Of a DNA stretch of 64,000 bases, positions 1-10,483 are shown in pieces. The translations under genes and the position numbers were made by a program. Position 1 is the stretch's first letter. Each line of letters starts with the position of its first letter. Under the pieces are notes generated by a model, which was given only the letters and a program-made list of their open reading frames with translations, did not search any database and was not told the DNA's origin. Source of the stretch: an uncultured virus (IMG/VR IMGVR_UViG_3300044991_001638) (Duplodnaviria > Heunggongvirae > Uroviricota > Caudoviricetes); the IMG/VR virus record IMGVR_UViG_3300044991_001638; one strand, written 5' to 3'.

Positions 1-219
1 TTTCTTTGATAATTCAGTATTATTAGAATTGGAATTAATTGGCATACCAATAGCAATTGTTGGAATTCCTGTTTTGGCACATAATGTGGATACCACCGCA
101 GAATCAATACCACCTGAAACACCAACAACCAATGTTTTTATATTATGTTTATTCACATAATTAATAATCCAAGTTTGGATTTTTTCGGATAAATTTTCAT
201 AATCAATTATTCGATTCAT
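1..219 (-). CDS. nadE: NH3-dependent NAD+ synthetase, 5' part (runs off the window edge)
   Basis: Not in the ORF track. Manual translation MNRIIDYENLSEKIQTWIINYVNKHNIKTLVVGVSGGIDSAVVSTLCAKTGIPTIAIGMP contains the NadE-type PP-loop VVGVSGGIDS. Its ATG overlaps the upstream TGA (ATGA, 216-219). Confidence 0.85.
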   Translation of the reverse strand, partial: MNRIIDYENLSEKIQTWIINYVNKHNIKTLVVGVSGGIDSAVVSTLCAKTGIPTIAIGMPINSNSNNTELSKK

Positions 220-1844
220 TCTAAAATTTTTATATATTCATCTTTTATTTTTTGTGCGACATTCATCGTATAATATTTCTCAATATCTGTTGGTGGTTCA
301 TGTTTTTCTTTAGATAAAATAAATCCACCAGAATCTACTTTATATATCCAACTTGATTTACCACACATCCAACTTTCAATTGTTGTTCTACCTAACTGAA
401 TACCTGCGGTTTCATATGATTTTAAAATAAAATCTTCAACTTTCCAAGTTGACGGGAAATATCTAACATGGTCTTCCAATAAAATATTTTCTAAATAATT
501 TCCATTATTTTCACCAACCAACCAAAGTTCTTTTCCAATTTCTTTAGTATATTCAATTAAATCTAAAATAGATTCTTTTCTCAAATAATCTATAGTACCA
601 ACAAATAATACGTAATTTTCCTCTGACGCATTTTTTAATTGGAATTTTTCATTATCAACAGGGTTATAAATTACCTCAATCATTTCTTCAGGTATTTCAA
701 AATTGTTCATCATGTGTTCCTTAATTTCAGGACGAATTGCAACATATTTTTTAATTGTTGGGTCAACAACAGGGTCTTCTAATGAAATTACTTCTGAATG
801 TATTGCACATATTTTAGGTAATTCAGGGTACATGTTAAGGATTCTTTCGGCAACTGGTTTGTGCTGGAAATGAACGATATCATAATCTACTTCGGATACA
901 CGATATAATGCGTTTGGTGTTGATGGTTTAAACCCTTCAGGTGTATTTGTTCCCCATTGTCCATCACCAAGTTTGAAACCTGGCGCGTTTTCAAATGACA
1001 CACATTTAATTCCAAGTTTTTTTGCCATGTCAGTTACAGGTCCACCAATTTGTGAAAGAACCGTAACACTACAGTTTAATTTAATTAAACTTTTAGCTAA
1101 CTCAAAAACATATAACTCAGAACCTGTAAAGTTTCTAAAGGAAATACAAGATAATAAAACCTTTAATCGTTTATTAACATCAAACGGAATTTTTGATGGT
1201 AAGTTCCCCCCATATTTTTTAACAAAAAATTCTCTATTATCTTCCCATTGTTGATTGGTCTGACCAATTGACTTGTGAGTGATTCTAACGTTTGTGATAA
1301 CACCAACCTTAACATCTTCTATATAATTCCTATAACAAAATGCAATGTCATAAAAATGAAACCCTTCAAACTCCTCGTCAAAAGTATATTTAATTCTTGA
1401 TTTACTTAACGCAATAAACACACCATCAACAATAACAGTCGGTTTAATTGATTTACCTAAATCATCAGAGTATTTTGATGTCCATTTTTTTCCTTCACTC
1501 TCATGGTTAACAATACCAATCATGGTATTTCTTGAATCCCACCATCTACCTGTTTCTGGCATATTGGTAGTGCCCGCAACACCTAAGATACCGTAATCAG
1601 TTTTTTCAAAATGAGTTTTAATTTTGTGGAACCAACTTGATGTATCAAAGTAAATGTCATCATGACAAAGAACCACTATGTCAGTTTTTGATTCCTCAAG
1701 AATTTCATTATAAACTTGAGATAATGATTTCTCTCCGTTATTAATCTTTTCAATAACTTCTATTTTTTTAAACCCCGAACTTTTTTTTAAGTACTCGATA
1801 AATTGGGGGTTATGTTCTCTTGTTGAATATCCTACTGTAATCAT
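216..1844 (-). CDS. Two-domain glycosyltransferase (GT2/GT-A N-terminus, GT4/GT-B-like C-terminus)
   Basis: N-half has YNE, LCHDDI and FDEEFEGFHFYD. C-half has FTGSELYVFELAKSL, VIYNPVD, LFVGTI and GRTTIESWMCGK. Confidence 0.75.
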   Translation of the reverse strand: MITVGYSTREHNPQFIEYLKKSSGFKKIEVIEKINNGEKSLSQVYNEILEESKTDIVVLCHDDIYFDTSSWFHKIKTHFEKTDYGILGVAGTTNMPETGRWWDSRNTMIGIVNHESEGKKWTSKYSDDLGKSIKPTVIVDGVFIALSKSRIKYTFDEEFEGFHFYDIAFCYRNYIEDVKVGVITNVRITHKSIGQTNQQWEDNREFFVKKYGGNLPSKIPFDVNKRLKVLLSCISFRNFTGSELYVFELAKSLIKLNCSVTVLSQIGGPVTDMAKKLGIKCVSFENAPGFKLGDGQWGTNTPEGFKPSTPNALYRVSEVDYDIVHFQHKPVAERILNMYPELPKICAIHSEVISLEDPVVDPTIKKYVAIRPEIKEHMMNNFEIPEEMIEVIYNPVDNEKFQLKNASEENYVLFVGTIDYLRKESILDLIEYTKEIGKELWLVGENNGNYLENILLEDHVRYFPSTWKVEDFILKSYETAGIQLGRTTIESWMCGKSSWIYKVDSGGFILSKEKHEPPTDIEKYYTMNVAQKIKDEYIKILE

Positions 1845-1854
1845 TATTTAATAT

Positions 1855-2484
1855 TTAAATTCCCGTACTTCCAAATCCATTATCACCTCTATCTTTTTCA
1901 TCAAGTTGGTCAACTTTTTCAAATCTAACATATTCCCCATTTATGACAGGACATAGAACTGCTTGTCCAACTTTCATTCCTTTTGAAATCATTACGGAAT
2001 GGTTATTTGTATTAAACACAATTACTTGTATTTCACCTGTATATCCTTGGTCTACAGTTCCTGGTGTATTAAGAACGGTTAATCCTTGTTTAATTGCTAA
2101 ACCGCTTTTAGGTCTAATTTGAAGTTCATAACCTTTCTCAAAAGAAACTTTAATCCCTGTTGGAACTAAAATTCTACCAAATGGTTTAATTTCTAAATCT
2201 TGTGTTGAGTGTAAATCAAATCCTGAATCGGATAGGTATGCATATTTTGGGAAAACGGCATCTTTGTGAATTAATTCAACTTCAATAGTTCGTGTCTGAG
2301 AATTTTTAAAAAACTCATCATCTAAATCTTCAAAACCCTCTAAATCAACTCCAAAAAGTTCTTCAAGTTCTTTTTGAGATTCTTCATCTGGTTCTATTCC
2401 AGAGTCAGATTTAATTTTTTCAAATTTTTCAAGAATGTCATTATAAATTTTTGGGTCAAATCCCATATTATTTAAATTTTTCAT
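1855..2484 (-). CDS. dut: Trimeric dUTPase with acidic N-terminal extension
   Basis: Motifs SGFDL, RPKSGLA, GTVDQGYTGEI and RGDNGFGSTG. Confidence 0.95.
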   Translation of the reverse strand: MKNLNNMGFDPKIYNDILEKFEKIKSDSGIEPDEESQKELEELFGVDLEGFEDLDDEFFKNSQTRTIEVELIHKDAVFPKYAYLSDSGFDLHSTQDLEIKPFGRILVPTGIKVSFEKGYELQIRPKSGLAIKQGLTVLNTPGTVDQGYTGEIQVIVFNTNNHSVMISKGMKVGQAVLCPVINGEYVRFEKVDQLDEKDRGDNGFGSTGI

Positions 2485-3185
2485 TATTTTAAATCTATTA
2501 ATTTTTTTATTACTTCAATTAATACGGACACATCCTTTTCACAATACTTTACAATTCCCTCAATATCCTTTTTAATCCAAAAAGCTTCATGTACTTTATT
2601 CCCTGTTATCTCCATTGTTTTTGATGACTCAACACCCAAACAAACACACATAAGTTCAAGAGACGCAATAGAACCATATCCACCGTATTGCCAAACTTCT
2701 TTTGTGTCTAAAGCTTTAATTTCCCACGGTTTAGTGTCGTGACCAGGTAAAATTTTTGGTGGCATAATTCCATTCATAATCATTCGTTTTGCTAACATAG
2801 GGATGTCAAATCCCTTTACATTATGTCCACATAAAAAAAATCCTAGTTCTCCAACTCTATGTAAAAGTTTTTGAACATCTAATAACATTTTTTTCTCATC
2901 AGTATCACTAAATGATTGCATTTTTATTTCGCCACTTTCAGTTACAAATGCAACACTAATACAAGCAATTCTTGCAAATTCGGGAACTAAGGCAGAACGA
3001 TTGACAAACATTTGAGAGACTCCATTAGCCCCATCTTCAGGAAATCTTTTTTGAAACCAATCAAAATAGTGTTCAAATTGAAATGAAAGGGATTCGTTAT
3101 TTTTAACTAATGAATCCCAATCAGGTTGTATTCCGACAGTTTCAATGTCTAAAAATAAAATTTTGGTTAATGGTATGTTAATCAT
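2484..3185 (-). CDS. Stand-alone PolB-like DEDDy 3'-5' exonuclease
   Basis: ExoI FLDIET, ExoII GHNVKGFDIP, ExoIII YCEKDV. Confidence 0.85.
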   Translation of the reverse strand: MINIPLTKILFLDIETVGIQPDWDSLVKNNESLSFQFEHYFDWFQKRFPEDGANGVSQMFVNRSALVPEFARIACISVAFVTESGEIKMQSFSDTDEKKMLLDVQKLLHRVGELGFFLCGHNVKGFDIPMLAKRMIMNGIMPPKILPGHDTKPWEIKALDTKEVWQYGGYGSIASLELMCVCLGVESSKTMEITGNKVHEAFWIKKDIEGIVKYCEKDVSVLIEVIKKLIDLK

Positions 3186-3191
3186 ATTATA

Positions 3192-4409
3192 TTATTTAAT
3201 TATTGATAAATAAAAAGCTCTTCTATCTTTTGTTACGTTATTTAAATCATACTTGTCTTTAACAGTTTCATATAATCTTTCCCCCATATCTTTTACCATG
3301 TTAGGGTTCTCAACTAATTTTTTAATATGTTTCGCCCAATCAGAGTGATTTCTATTTTCATCAACTAACATTGCGTTTCCATCAACAAAGTTACCGTGAT
3401 TTAAACAATGTTTTAAATCTATTGTATATGGACCTAAATCAGATGCAATAAGAGCTTTTTTATAAAATCCCGCTTCAATTACTTTTAATTGTGATTTCAT
3501 TCTATTAAACATTGTATTTTTAATAGGTGATAAAGATACATCAAATTTTGAATAATTTTTGGCGTAAGATGTTACAGGTTGAGTCCAAACTCTTACATAT
3601 GATTCGTCATATTGATTTGGGTAAACCTCTTGAGTATAGTTTAATAAATACTTTTTGTAGTCTTCTGACACCAATACATGGTTTTGGGTAAATATTTTTT
3701 CGTACTGAGCCCAAACAGTCTCATGTGGCAAAATATCTCTTTTATTATGTTCTCCTGTTTGGTTATTAATTTCCGTTACGGTTCCTCTTGTATCAAAACC
3801 ACATAAAACAAATTGTAATTTATCTTTAAGATTAATAATCTTATTAAAAGATTGGTCTAATAATTGAATGTCATGTAAATGAGAAGAACCTCCTAACCAA
3901 CCAATTCTTAATCGGTCTGATTCTAATGTTGGTTCTTTAAATTGTGTTTCATTTGGATTAATTGCATTTGGAAAAACAAAAACGTTTTTATTAAATTTTC
4001 TAATTTCAGTTGCAAATATTTCAGTTGTTGTTGTAATATATGTTGCGACTTTAAGATTTGCAACAATTTTTTCATTAATCTTATTAAATTTAATAATATC
4101 ATGAATTGGGTGTTCTTTACCTGGCATCCAATAATCATCAATATCAGCAACAGTGATTATCCCTAATAAATTTAATTTTTGAATTAATTCATGGGCTTTT
4201 TCAAAATCAGAACCAATACTTCTATGGAATACCACTATTTGATATTTAGACCAAAAGACCATATCATCATACTGTGGGTCAAATATAATATCAACATGAA
4301 ATTCATCTGAATATAAATTTTGTAAAAAAATATGAGGGTCTATTGAACGAAATTTTCCAACACCAGTTTTATCACTAGGGATAACTAAAACATTAATTTT
4401 TTTTTCCAT
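3192..4409 (-). CDS. GT-B (GT4-like) glycosyltransferase
   Basis: Motifs DIDDYW, VFPNAI, IGWLGGSSHLHD, FNRMKSQLKVIEAG and IASDLGPY. Confidence 0.8.
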   Translation of the reverse strand: MEKKINVLVIPSDKTGVGKFRSIDPHIFLQNLYSDEFHVDIIFDPQYDDMVFWSKYQIVVFHRSIGSDFEKAHELIQKLNLLGIITVADIDDYWMPGKEHPIHDIIKFNKINEKIVANLKVATYITTTTEIFATEIRKFNKNVFVFPNAINPNETQFKEPTLESDRLRIGWLGGSSHLHDIQLLDQSFNKIINLKDKLQFVLCGFDTRGTVTEINNQTGEHNKRDILPHETVWAQYEKIFTQNHVLVSEDYKKYLLNYTQEVYPNQYDESYVRVWTQPVTSYAKNYSKFDVSLSPIKNTMFNRMKSQLKVIEAGFYKKALIASDLGPYTIDLKHCLNHGNFVDGNAMLVDENRNHSDWAKHIKKLVENPNMVKDMGERLYETVKDKYDLNNVTKDRRAFYLSIIK

Positions 4410-4449
4410 ATTTTTTAATAACTTTTTAAGACTATTTAGTTTGTTATAA

Positions 4450-4478
4450 ATTATAACAATATTCTTTTATATTATCAA
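4450..4478 (-). promoter_or_regulatory. Putative early/middle promoter TTGATA-N17-TATAAT for the GT/exonuclease/dut/nadE operon
   Basis: Minus strand reads TTGATA atataaaagaatattgt TATAAT, about 40 nt upstream of the ATG at 4409. Confidence 0.5.
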
Positions 4479-4528
4479 CTATTAAAAAATATAAATTAGT
4501 GTTGTGTGGGTGGTATATATTAGAGCAC

Positions 4529-4559
4529 AAAAAAACCCTAAACTTTTTAATTTAGGGTT
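4529..4559 (-). terminator. Intrinsic terminator
   Basis: Stem aaccctaaa/tttagggtt followed by a U-run on the minus strand, just after the 4572 stop. Confidence 0.65.
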
Positions 4560-4571
4560 AACATATCTTGG

Positions 4572-5216
4572 TTAAGATACTTTTTTAATTTTTGTAATTT
4601 TACCTTCAAAAATATGTTTTCCAACTTTAAAATTAAAATTTTCATTAGATTTTTCAGAACTTTCAGTTATTAACCCATTTTCAGCAAATGCGTTTTTAAT
4701 CGCTTCATTAATCATTTTTTGTATTAATTTATAATTAACGGTTCCATTTGTTGATGTCGATTGTTCTGTTTGTTGTATTTGTTGTGTTTGTTTTGCGGAT
4801 TCAGGAATATATCCACTATTATCTTGTTTCATTAACCTTGTTGCTCTTTCAATAACTTCGTTAGAAATTGTGGTAGATTGTTGTTGAGGTTGAGCAATTG
4901 GATGCTCCATCATTAATCTTTTAATTTCGTCAGGTAATTTAGAATTTTTAATTGCATCTACAGTTGGAATTCCGACTGGAGTAGTATTTTCTCTTGGTAT
5001 GTGAGATAGGTAAGGTTGTTGCGATATGTTAGATTCCTGCAAAAATTCTTCAGGGATATTATACTTTGCCGTTGGGACATTAAATGATTCAGGTAAATTC
5101 ATTTGCTGTAATGATGTTAGTGGTAGCCCACCATTCATAGAATTTGTATTTTTAATTCTATCCGCTTTATCCATAATTGCCTTTGATAATGCTAATTTTT
5201 CTGTTAATCTATCCAT
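4572..5216 (-). CDS. Hypothetical protein (Gln/Pro-rich)
   Basis: 214-aa ORF in a tightly packed minus-strand operon. No recognisable motif. Confidence 0.6.
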   Translation of the reverse strand: MDRLTEKLALSKAIMDKADRIKNTNSMNGGLPLTSLQQMNLPESFNVPTAKYNIPEEFLQESNISQQPYLSHIPRENTTPVGIPTVDAIKNSKLPDEIKRLMMEHPIAQPQQQSTTISNEVIERATRLMKQDNSGYIPESAKQTQQIQQTEQSTSTNGTVNYKLIQKMINEAIKNAFAENGLITESSEKSNENFNFKVGKHIFEGKITKIKKVS

Positions 5217-5223
5217 ATTATGT

Positions 5224-5625
5224 TTATTGTATTAATGGGTTATCATTAAATGTTGCGTTTATAATCACACTAACCATACTTTTGTCTCCATTAAAATTAT
5301 AACCAGGCTTAGGTTCATTGTAAACCTCACCAGTTGGTTTGTTTGATAATATTTTATCTAGTCTAAATAATCTCCAACCTGGTAATGGTTGTTCACCATT
5401 ATAACTTGTATGTGACGCTCCCTCACTATCCCAAGCTCTTAAAACTTTATTTCCCGATTTACTAACACCTAAACAGACAGGTTCAATTTGTCGTATACCT
5501 GTACCACCTGGCTCATCACCATTATAATTAATAATAATAATTTTTCGTTTTTTAATCGCATCAACTATACTATCTAAAGAAGCGATTTCACAAATTAAAC
5601 CTTTTAAAGTTCCATGAAGTTTCAT
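5224..5625 (-). CDS. Stand-alone WYL-domain protein
   Basis: IIINY...RQIEPVCLG...LRAWD...WRLFRLDKI fits the WYL pattern. Confidence 0.75.
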   Translation of the reverse strand: MKLHGTLKGLICEIASLDSIVDAIKKRKIIIINYNGDEPGGTGIRQIEPVCLGVSKSGNKVLRAWDSEGASHTSYNGEQPLPGWRLFRLDKILSNKPTGEVYNEPKPGYNFNGDKSMVSVIINATFNDNPLIQ

Positions 5626-5918
5626 TAGAAATTTGGGTATGTTTTTACTGCACTATATTGATTAATTTTTACTTCGCTTTTTCTTTCGGATACGTCTTCT
5701 ATTGTTCCTGCAGTTGCATTATATACATCTAAGAAAATCCCCGTACCTCTACCTTTAGAATCTCCGTCAGCGATTGCATCTTTATTAACTGATGAATATT
5801 CATTTCCCGATTTAGTATAATTATTTTTAGGAATTAATTTTCCTCTCTCTAGTTCAGCAATAGATGAAAGAGTGTTTGGTTCTGTTTGATTTAAATCTAC
5901 CGTAATTTGAGTTGCCAT
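5625..5918 (-). CDS. Hypothetical protein
   Basis: 97-aa ORF whose stop overlaps the next start. Confidence 0.6.
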   Translation of the reverse strand: MATQITVDLNQTEPNTLSSIAELERGKLIPKNNYTKSGNEYSSVNKDAIADGDSKGRGTGIFLDVYNATAGTIEDVSERKSEVKINQYSAVKTYPNF

Positions 5919-5922
5919 AATT

Positions 5923-6390
5923 TTATATTTTTGATATTATTTCGTTTATTCTCATAACATTTTCATTAACTGATGGCGTATATTTGTCCACAGTCTTTAA
6001 GTGTTCTTGAGATGTTCTTACATTTGTAAAATTTTTTTTTTCATGCGGGTCAATAAATTGATTCATCATGCCGGCATTCATCTTATTAGTTTTTGTATTG
6101 GCGATGTAATCCCTCATTTTTCTTAATTCATTGTTAACCCAATTTTTAATTTCAACACCACCATTTAAAATAAATGACGGCTCTTTGTGACTACCTTTAA
6201 AATTATCAAAAAAATTTTTAATTCTTTTAAGTTGTTTATATGTAATAAATTTTTGATTTTGAAGTTCTTTATTTCTTTTAAATCCTTCAGTATTCTCATC
6301 CGCATTTTTAACCATATGAAAAAATTTTTTCATATGTTCCCGTTTGTCAGATGGGAATTCAATTTCGTTATCGTATAAACTTTTATTCAT
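5923..6390 (-). CDS. Hypothetical protein
   Basis: 155-aa ORF overlapping the upstream gene by 8 nt. Confidence 0.6.
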   Translation of the reverse strand: MNKSLYDNEIEFPSDKREHMKKFFHMVKNADENTEGFKRNKELQNQKFITYKQLKRIKNFFDNFKGSHKEPSFILNGGVEIKNWVNNELRKMRDYIANTKTNKMNAGMMNQFIDPHEKKNFTNVRTSQEHLKTVDKYTPSVNENVMRINEIISKI

Positions 6391-7195
6391 TTTTAAACAT
6401 CTTTAATAATTCAGAAAGAGAAACTCCTTGTTTTTCCGCTTGTTTTTTTAACGATAAAATATTTTTCTTTAAAATATTTGGTATATCTAATTCTTTTTTA
6501 CCTATTTCAAGATTATCATATTTTTTTTTACCCATTAAAATATCTTCAACAACTTTAATCATCTTTTGTTTTTGTATTTCAGATATAGTTGCTTTTGTTA
6601 TAAAATTTTTATCATCATAGTAAGGCGAATTTTCATCTTTTTTACCTGTTGGGTCTTGTCCTTTTTGTTTTGTTCTTTTTTTTGCCTCATCAGGAGTCAT
6701 ACCCATTTTCTTAACTAAAAATTTAAAAGTTTCTTTTCCATCCATATCTTTAGTTTCTTCATAACCAAAAGCTCCTGACATATCAACTTCATCAATCTCT
6801 TTAACTGATTCTCTAAAATATGTTCTATATCCTCTTGAAATTGGGTCATTTGTAATACTAGCGGCAGAAACCGTTTGGTCCATAGTTTTTTTTGGGTGAA
6901 GTTTTGGGTCAACAATTGGGATTTTTGAGTTAGATAATGTCCCATCTAAATTTACCAATTCTTCTAAATCTTTTTTAAGACTTTTTGTTGTTTTAACTTT
7001 TTTATCTTTGGCAACTTTTTTAAGATGGTTTTTAACCATTTCACCTTTACTTTTTTTAAAGTGAATTACCTCATCTTTTTTACGAGCTTCGTTTAAATTT
7101 TCTTCCACAGAAAAGTATAAGGAGTATTTATCCCCCTTATCTCTTAATAAAAAATAATATGGAGAAGAATAAAATTCTTTGTTTATAGTAATCAT
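6383..7195 (-). CDS. Hypothetical Lys-rich protein
   Basis: 270-aa ORF preceded by a TATTTAT motif on the minus strand (7211-7217). Confidence 0.6.
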   Translation of the reverse strand: MITINKEFYSSPYYFLLRDKGDKYSLYFSVEENLNEARKKDEVIHFKKSKGEMVKNHLKKVAKDKKVKTTKSLKKDLEELVNLDGTLSNSKIPIVDPKLHPKKTMDQTVSAASITNDPISRGYRTYFRESVKEIDEVDMSGAFGYEETKDMDGKETFKFLVKKMGMTPDEAKKRTKQKGQDPTGKKDENSPYYDDKNFITKATISEIQKQKMIKVVEDILMGKKKYDNLEIGKKELDIPNILKKNILSLKKQAEKQGVSLSELLKMFKNE

Positions 7196-7210
7196 CTTTC
7201 TTTTTTATCT

Positions 7211-7237
7211 ATAAATATTACCTCATAAGGTATTTAT
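7211..7237. promoter_or_regulatory. Back-to-back TATTTAT motifs (putative late promoters) at a divergent junction
   Basis: ATAAATA at 7211-7217 (TATTTAT on minus) and TATTTAT at 7231-7237, in a 51-bp gap between divergent genes. Confidence 0.55.
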
Positions 7238-7246
7238 CATTAGTAT

Positions 7247-10200
7247 ATGGCATATCAAAACATTAATCAGTATAATTTTCGTAAATGGGGAATAAAACCT
7301 GTCAACGAAATCACCGACATTTGCTTAGCATCGGACGAGAGAGATTATGACCAAGAAGTCGTTTTTTCACCTTTATTAATTGGTGAATTGGATGGAAACA
7401 GAATGCCATTTAAATTTGACTTCAATAGTTCAGGGACAACATTATGTCAAACATCAGCATGTTCTTTTGATTACCAAACAATTGTTTCAGAGAATTATTG
7501 GAACCCTGATGACATTGAACCCAACTTTTGTCCAATTGTCACACAATTATGTGATATTGGTTTAACAGGAATTGACAACGGACTGGTTCAAAACATGTCG
7601 GGAGAAACAATAGAAATTACAACAGGATTATATTCAGGTACAACGGATAAGTTTAGTCGATACAAATATGACAGGAGAATGAAACTTCATCCTATCACAG
7701 GTTTTACTACAACTCAAAACAGATTATGGAATGATAACTCATACACTTATGATTTAAATTATCAAAATGTTGGTGGAGATATTGGATATGTTGCAAACTT
7801 ACAAGGTGGATTCTTCCAAGGGTTTTACAAAATACCGGGGTATGATTACCAAGTTTTTCCTCAAAGAGTTCCATTAGGTTGGACTGCTGAATTTATGTTA
7901 AAATATAGATGGACTGGTGATACATCAGGAGGACTTAACAATAGATATCCCGACAATAAGGGTACGTTCTTTTACATGGGGGCAAGAGCCGAGAATAAAT
8001 TTTATCATTATGCCGATGGTAGTCCAAAACAAGATTCAGGATATACAAGAGTTACATCAGGTTTAACTTGTATGCACACTTGTGGTTGTGCAAGTAGTGC
8101 CAATACATCATCACAATGTCTTCAAGTATATCAACCATCAGGTGGTACGATTACAAATTGTACTTGTGGATGTGAGTGTGATTGTACAACAACGGCAGAA
8201 TATCCGGAAAAAGACCCATTATATGATGAGGTTTCAAATGCGTTGTCTTTAAGATTAAGCGGTGACACGGGTAGTCCAAGATTATGTGTTAAGACATATA
8301 GAATAACAGGTGGGTGTGAAAGCACGGGAACTTGTTTAACAGGGATTACTTATGTAACGGGAACTTCATTAACTGAATGGTGTTCAACAAGAGGTATCTT
8401 TGACGATTGCTCAGGGACAACATATCAAAATGTTGAACATTGGGTTCAGATTGATGCCGTATTCCAAAGATATGAATGGTTGGATATCTGTGACCTTTAC
8501 GATAAAGGTGGGCTTGGTCTGCTTGTTAAAGACGTATATTATGCAACAATCGAAGGTAGAAGTGTTACTTTAATTGAGCCTCCAATAACCCATGAGCAAC
8601 CTTATGACCCAGCATCGACTGAAGTTGTGACATTCACAGATATGTGGACTGAAGAACAAAAGTTTAGATTGGGAACACTTAAGTTTTATGTGAATGGAAA
8701 GTTATTCATGGTTACCGAAAACTTTGAAGAAATCATTCCAAGATTGTTAAACACTCCAAAAGAAAAACAAATTGGAGTTGGATATAACATTTCAATTGGT
8801 GGTGGTACTCAAGGACTTCACGATAACTTAACATTCTCAGGTGGTTGTCCCACAACTATAAACGAAATCGTTTATCAACAAGACCCTGAAAGTTTAACAA
8901 CTTATGACTTAGACCATACAATTTATTCTGGTTTAACAACTCATATTAAATTGGAAGAATATTTTGGAGGTAGCATGATTGGTGATATCAGTGCATTTAG
9001 AATGTATACTGAACCATTAAATGCTTCCCAAATTAAACACAACTTTAGAATATTAAAATTTAAATATAATTTATTAGACCCTGATTGTTTAAATTGTAGA
9101 ATAACAATTCCAGGAAATGATTTAACTTATATTTTAATTCCTAATAATGATTTATATTATTTGAGTATACCTGCAAATGATTTGTATTATGAAATAATTG
9201 AACCAACACCTACACCAACTGTAACTCAAACTCCATCTGAGACACCAACAAACACACCCACAGGGACTCCTACCAACACACCAACATTAACGGCAACAGT
9301 AACACCAACCAATACTGTAACACCAACTAATACTCCAACTGTTACACCAACTTCAACACCAACAAATACTCCAAGTAACACCGCAACGCCAACTAATACA
9401 ATTACCCCTACGGTAACGACAACTAACACTGCGACACCAACACAAACTTCTACCGTAACTCCTACCAATACTTTAACACCAACAAATACTCCAACTGAAA
9501 CTCCAACAAACACTCCAACTCCAACATTAACCCAAACTCCAACATCAACACCAAATCTATTTACATCAACTTGGACAACAACAAGTGCAAGTGAAACAAT
9601 TACTTTACCTTACGATATTGCTGGTACTTATTCGGGGTTTATTGATTGGGGAGATGGCGGTGCGACAAGTATTAATAGTTATGCAAATAGAACTCATACC
9701 TACGCAATTGAGGGGACATATACAATAGTAATAGATGGAGACTGTATAGGGTGGAATTTTGGTTCTTATGGAGGTTCAACTAACATTACTTCCGTAGTAC
9801 ATTGGGGACAACTTCAATTAGGTAGTAATATAGGTTCTTATTTTGCCGCTTGTAATAACTTAAATTTATCTTCAGTTCAAGGCACTTTAAATTTGACAGG
9901 AATAACTACTTTAGAAGGTTTGTTTAGTTCATGTTCTTCTTTAACTACAATTAATAATATAAATTCTTGGAACACTTCATTAATTACTAATATGAAGGAT
10001 ATGTTTTCTTCTTGCCAAAGTTTTAATCAAGCATTATCTTTTAACACTTCAGCAGTTACTACTATGCAAGGTATGTTTACACAAACAACAAACTTTAATA
10101 GTGCATTGAATTTGAATACAATATCAGTTACAAATATGAGAAATATGTTTACTAGTGCAAGAGCGTTTAATCAACCATTATCATTCAATACGATATCAGT

Positions 10201-10483
10201 TACAAATATGAGTTTTATGTTTCAAAGTGCTACCGCATTTAATCAAAACATAGGTGCGTGGAATGTAGCAAATGTTACACTTTTCACAGGTTTTATGTCA
10301 AACAAAACACCTGCAACATTCTCTACTACAAATTTAGATGCTATCTATAATGGATGGGTGACAGTTCAAACAAGTATAAATATATCATTTGGAACCGCAA
10401 AATATTCAGCAGCAGGAGTTGCAGGAAGAAATTATTTAACAGGAACAAAATTATGGACAATAACAGACGGAGGACAAGTATAA
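7247..10483 (+). CDS. Putative virion surface protein: Cys-rich/LamG-like region, Thr/Pro repeat stalk, PKD-like and DUF285/BspA repeats
   Basis: LamG-like LKFYVNGKL...[22 protein letters not shown]. About 120 aa of TPTNT repeats. IDWGDG, repeated NTxxVTNMxxMF..FNQ units and a WTITDGG end typical of DUF285 proteins. Confidence 0.7.
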   Translation: MAYQNINQYNFRKWGIKPVNEITDICLASDERDYDQEVVFSPLLIGELDGNRMPFKFDFNSSGTTLCQTSACSFDYQTIVSENYWNPDDIEPNFCPIVTQLCDIGLTGIDNGLVQNMSGETIEITTGLYSGTTDKFSRYKYDRRMKLHPITGFTTTQNRLWNDNSYTYDLNYQNVGGDIGYVANLQGGFFQGFYKIPGYDYQVFPQRVPLGWTAEFMLKYRWTGDTSGGLNNRYPDNKGTFFYMGARAENKFYHYADGSPKQDSGYTRVTSGLTCMHTCGCASSANTSSQCLQVYQPSGGTITNCTCGCECDCTTTAEYPEKDPLYDEVSNALSLRLSGDTGSPRLCVKTYRITGGCESTGTCLTGITYVTGTSLTEWCSTRGIFDDCSGTTYQNVEHWVQIDAVFQRYEWLDICDLYDKGGLGLLVKDVYYATIEGRSVTLIEPPITHEQPYDPASTEVVTFTDMWTEEQKFRLGTLKFYVNGKLFMVTENFEEIIPRLLNTPKEKQIGVGYNISIGGGTQGLHDNLTFSGGCPTTINEIVYQQDPESLTTYDLDHTIYSGLTTHIKLEEYFGGSMIGDISAFRMYTEPLNASQIKHNFRILKFKYNLLDPDCLNCRITIPGNDLTYILIPNNDLYYLSIPANDLYYEIIEPTPTPTVTQTPSETPTNTPTGTPTNTPTLTATVTPTNTVTPTNTPTVTPTSTPTNTPSNTATPTNTITPTVTTTNTATPTQTSTVTPTNTLTPTNTPTETPTNTPTPTLTQTPTSTPNLFTSTWTTTSASETITLPYDIAGTYSGFIDWGDGGATSINSYANRTHTYAIEGTYTIVIDGDCIGWNFGSYGGSTNITSVVHWGQLQLGSNIGSYFAACNNLNLSSVQGTLNLTGITTLEGLFSSCSSLTTINNINSWNTSLITNMKDMFSSCQSFNQALSFNTSAVTTMQGMFTQTTNFNSALNLNTISVTNMRNMFTSARAFNQPLSFNTISVTNMSFMFQSATAFNQNIGAWNVANVTLFTGFMSNKTPATFSTTNLDAIYNGWVTVQTSINISFGTAKYSAAGVAGRNYLTGTKLWTITDGGQV
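9202..9553 (+). repeat. Degenerate coding repeat (TPTNT/TPTVT), mucin-like stalk
   Basis: Run of acaccaac/actccaac units. Confidence 0.9.

Noticed and set aside
10354..10482. Upstream extension of the 10354-10671 ORF (similarly 51794, 54038, 55888)
   Set aside because: These extensions overlap upstream genes or terminators. The downstream ATGs at 10483, 51836, 54110 and 55987 fit the operon packing better.
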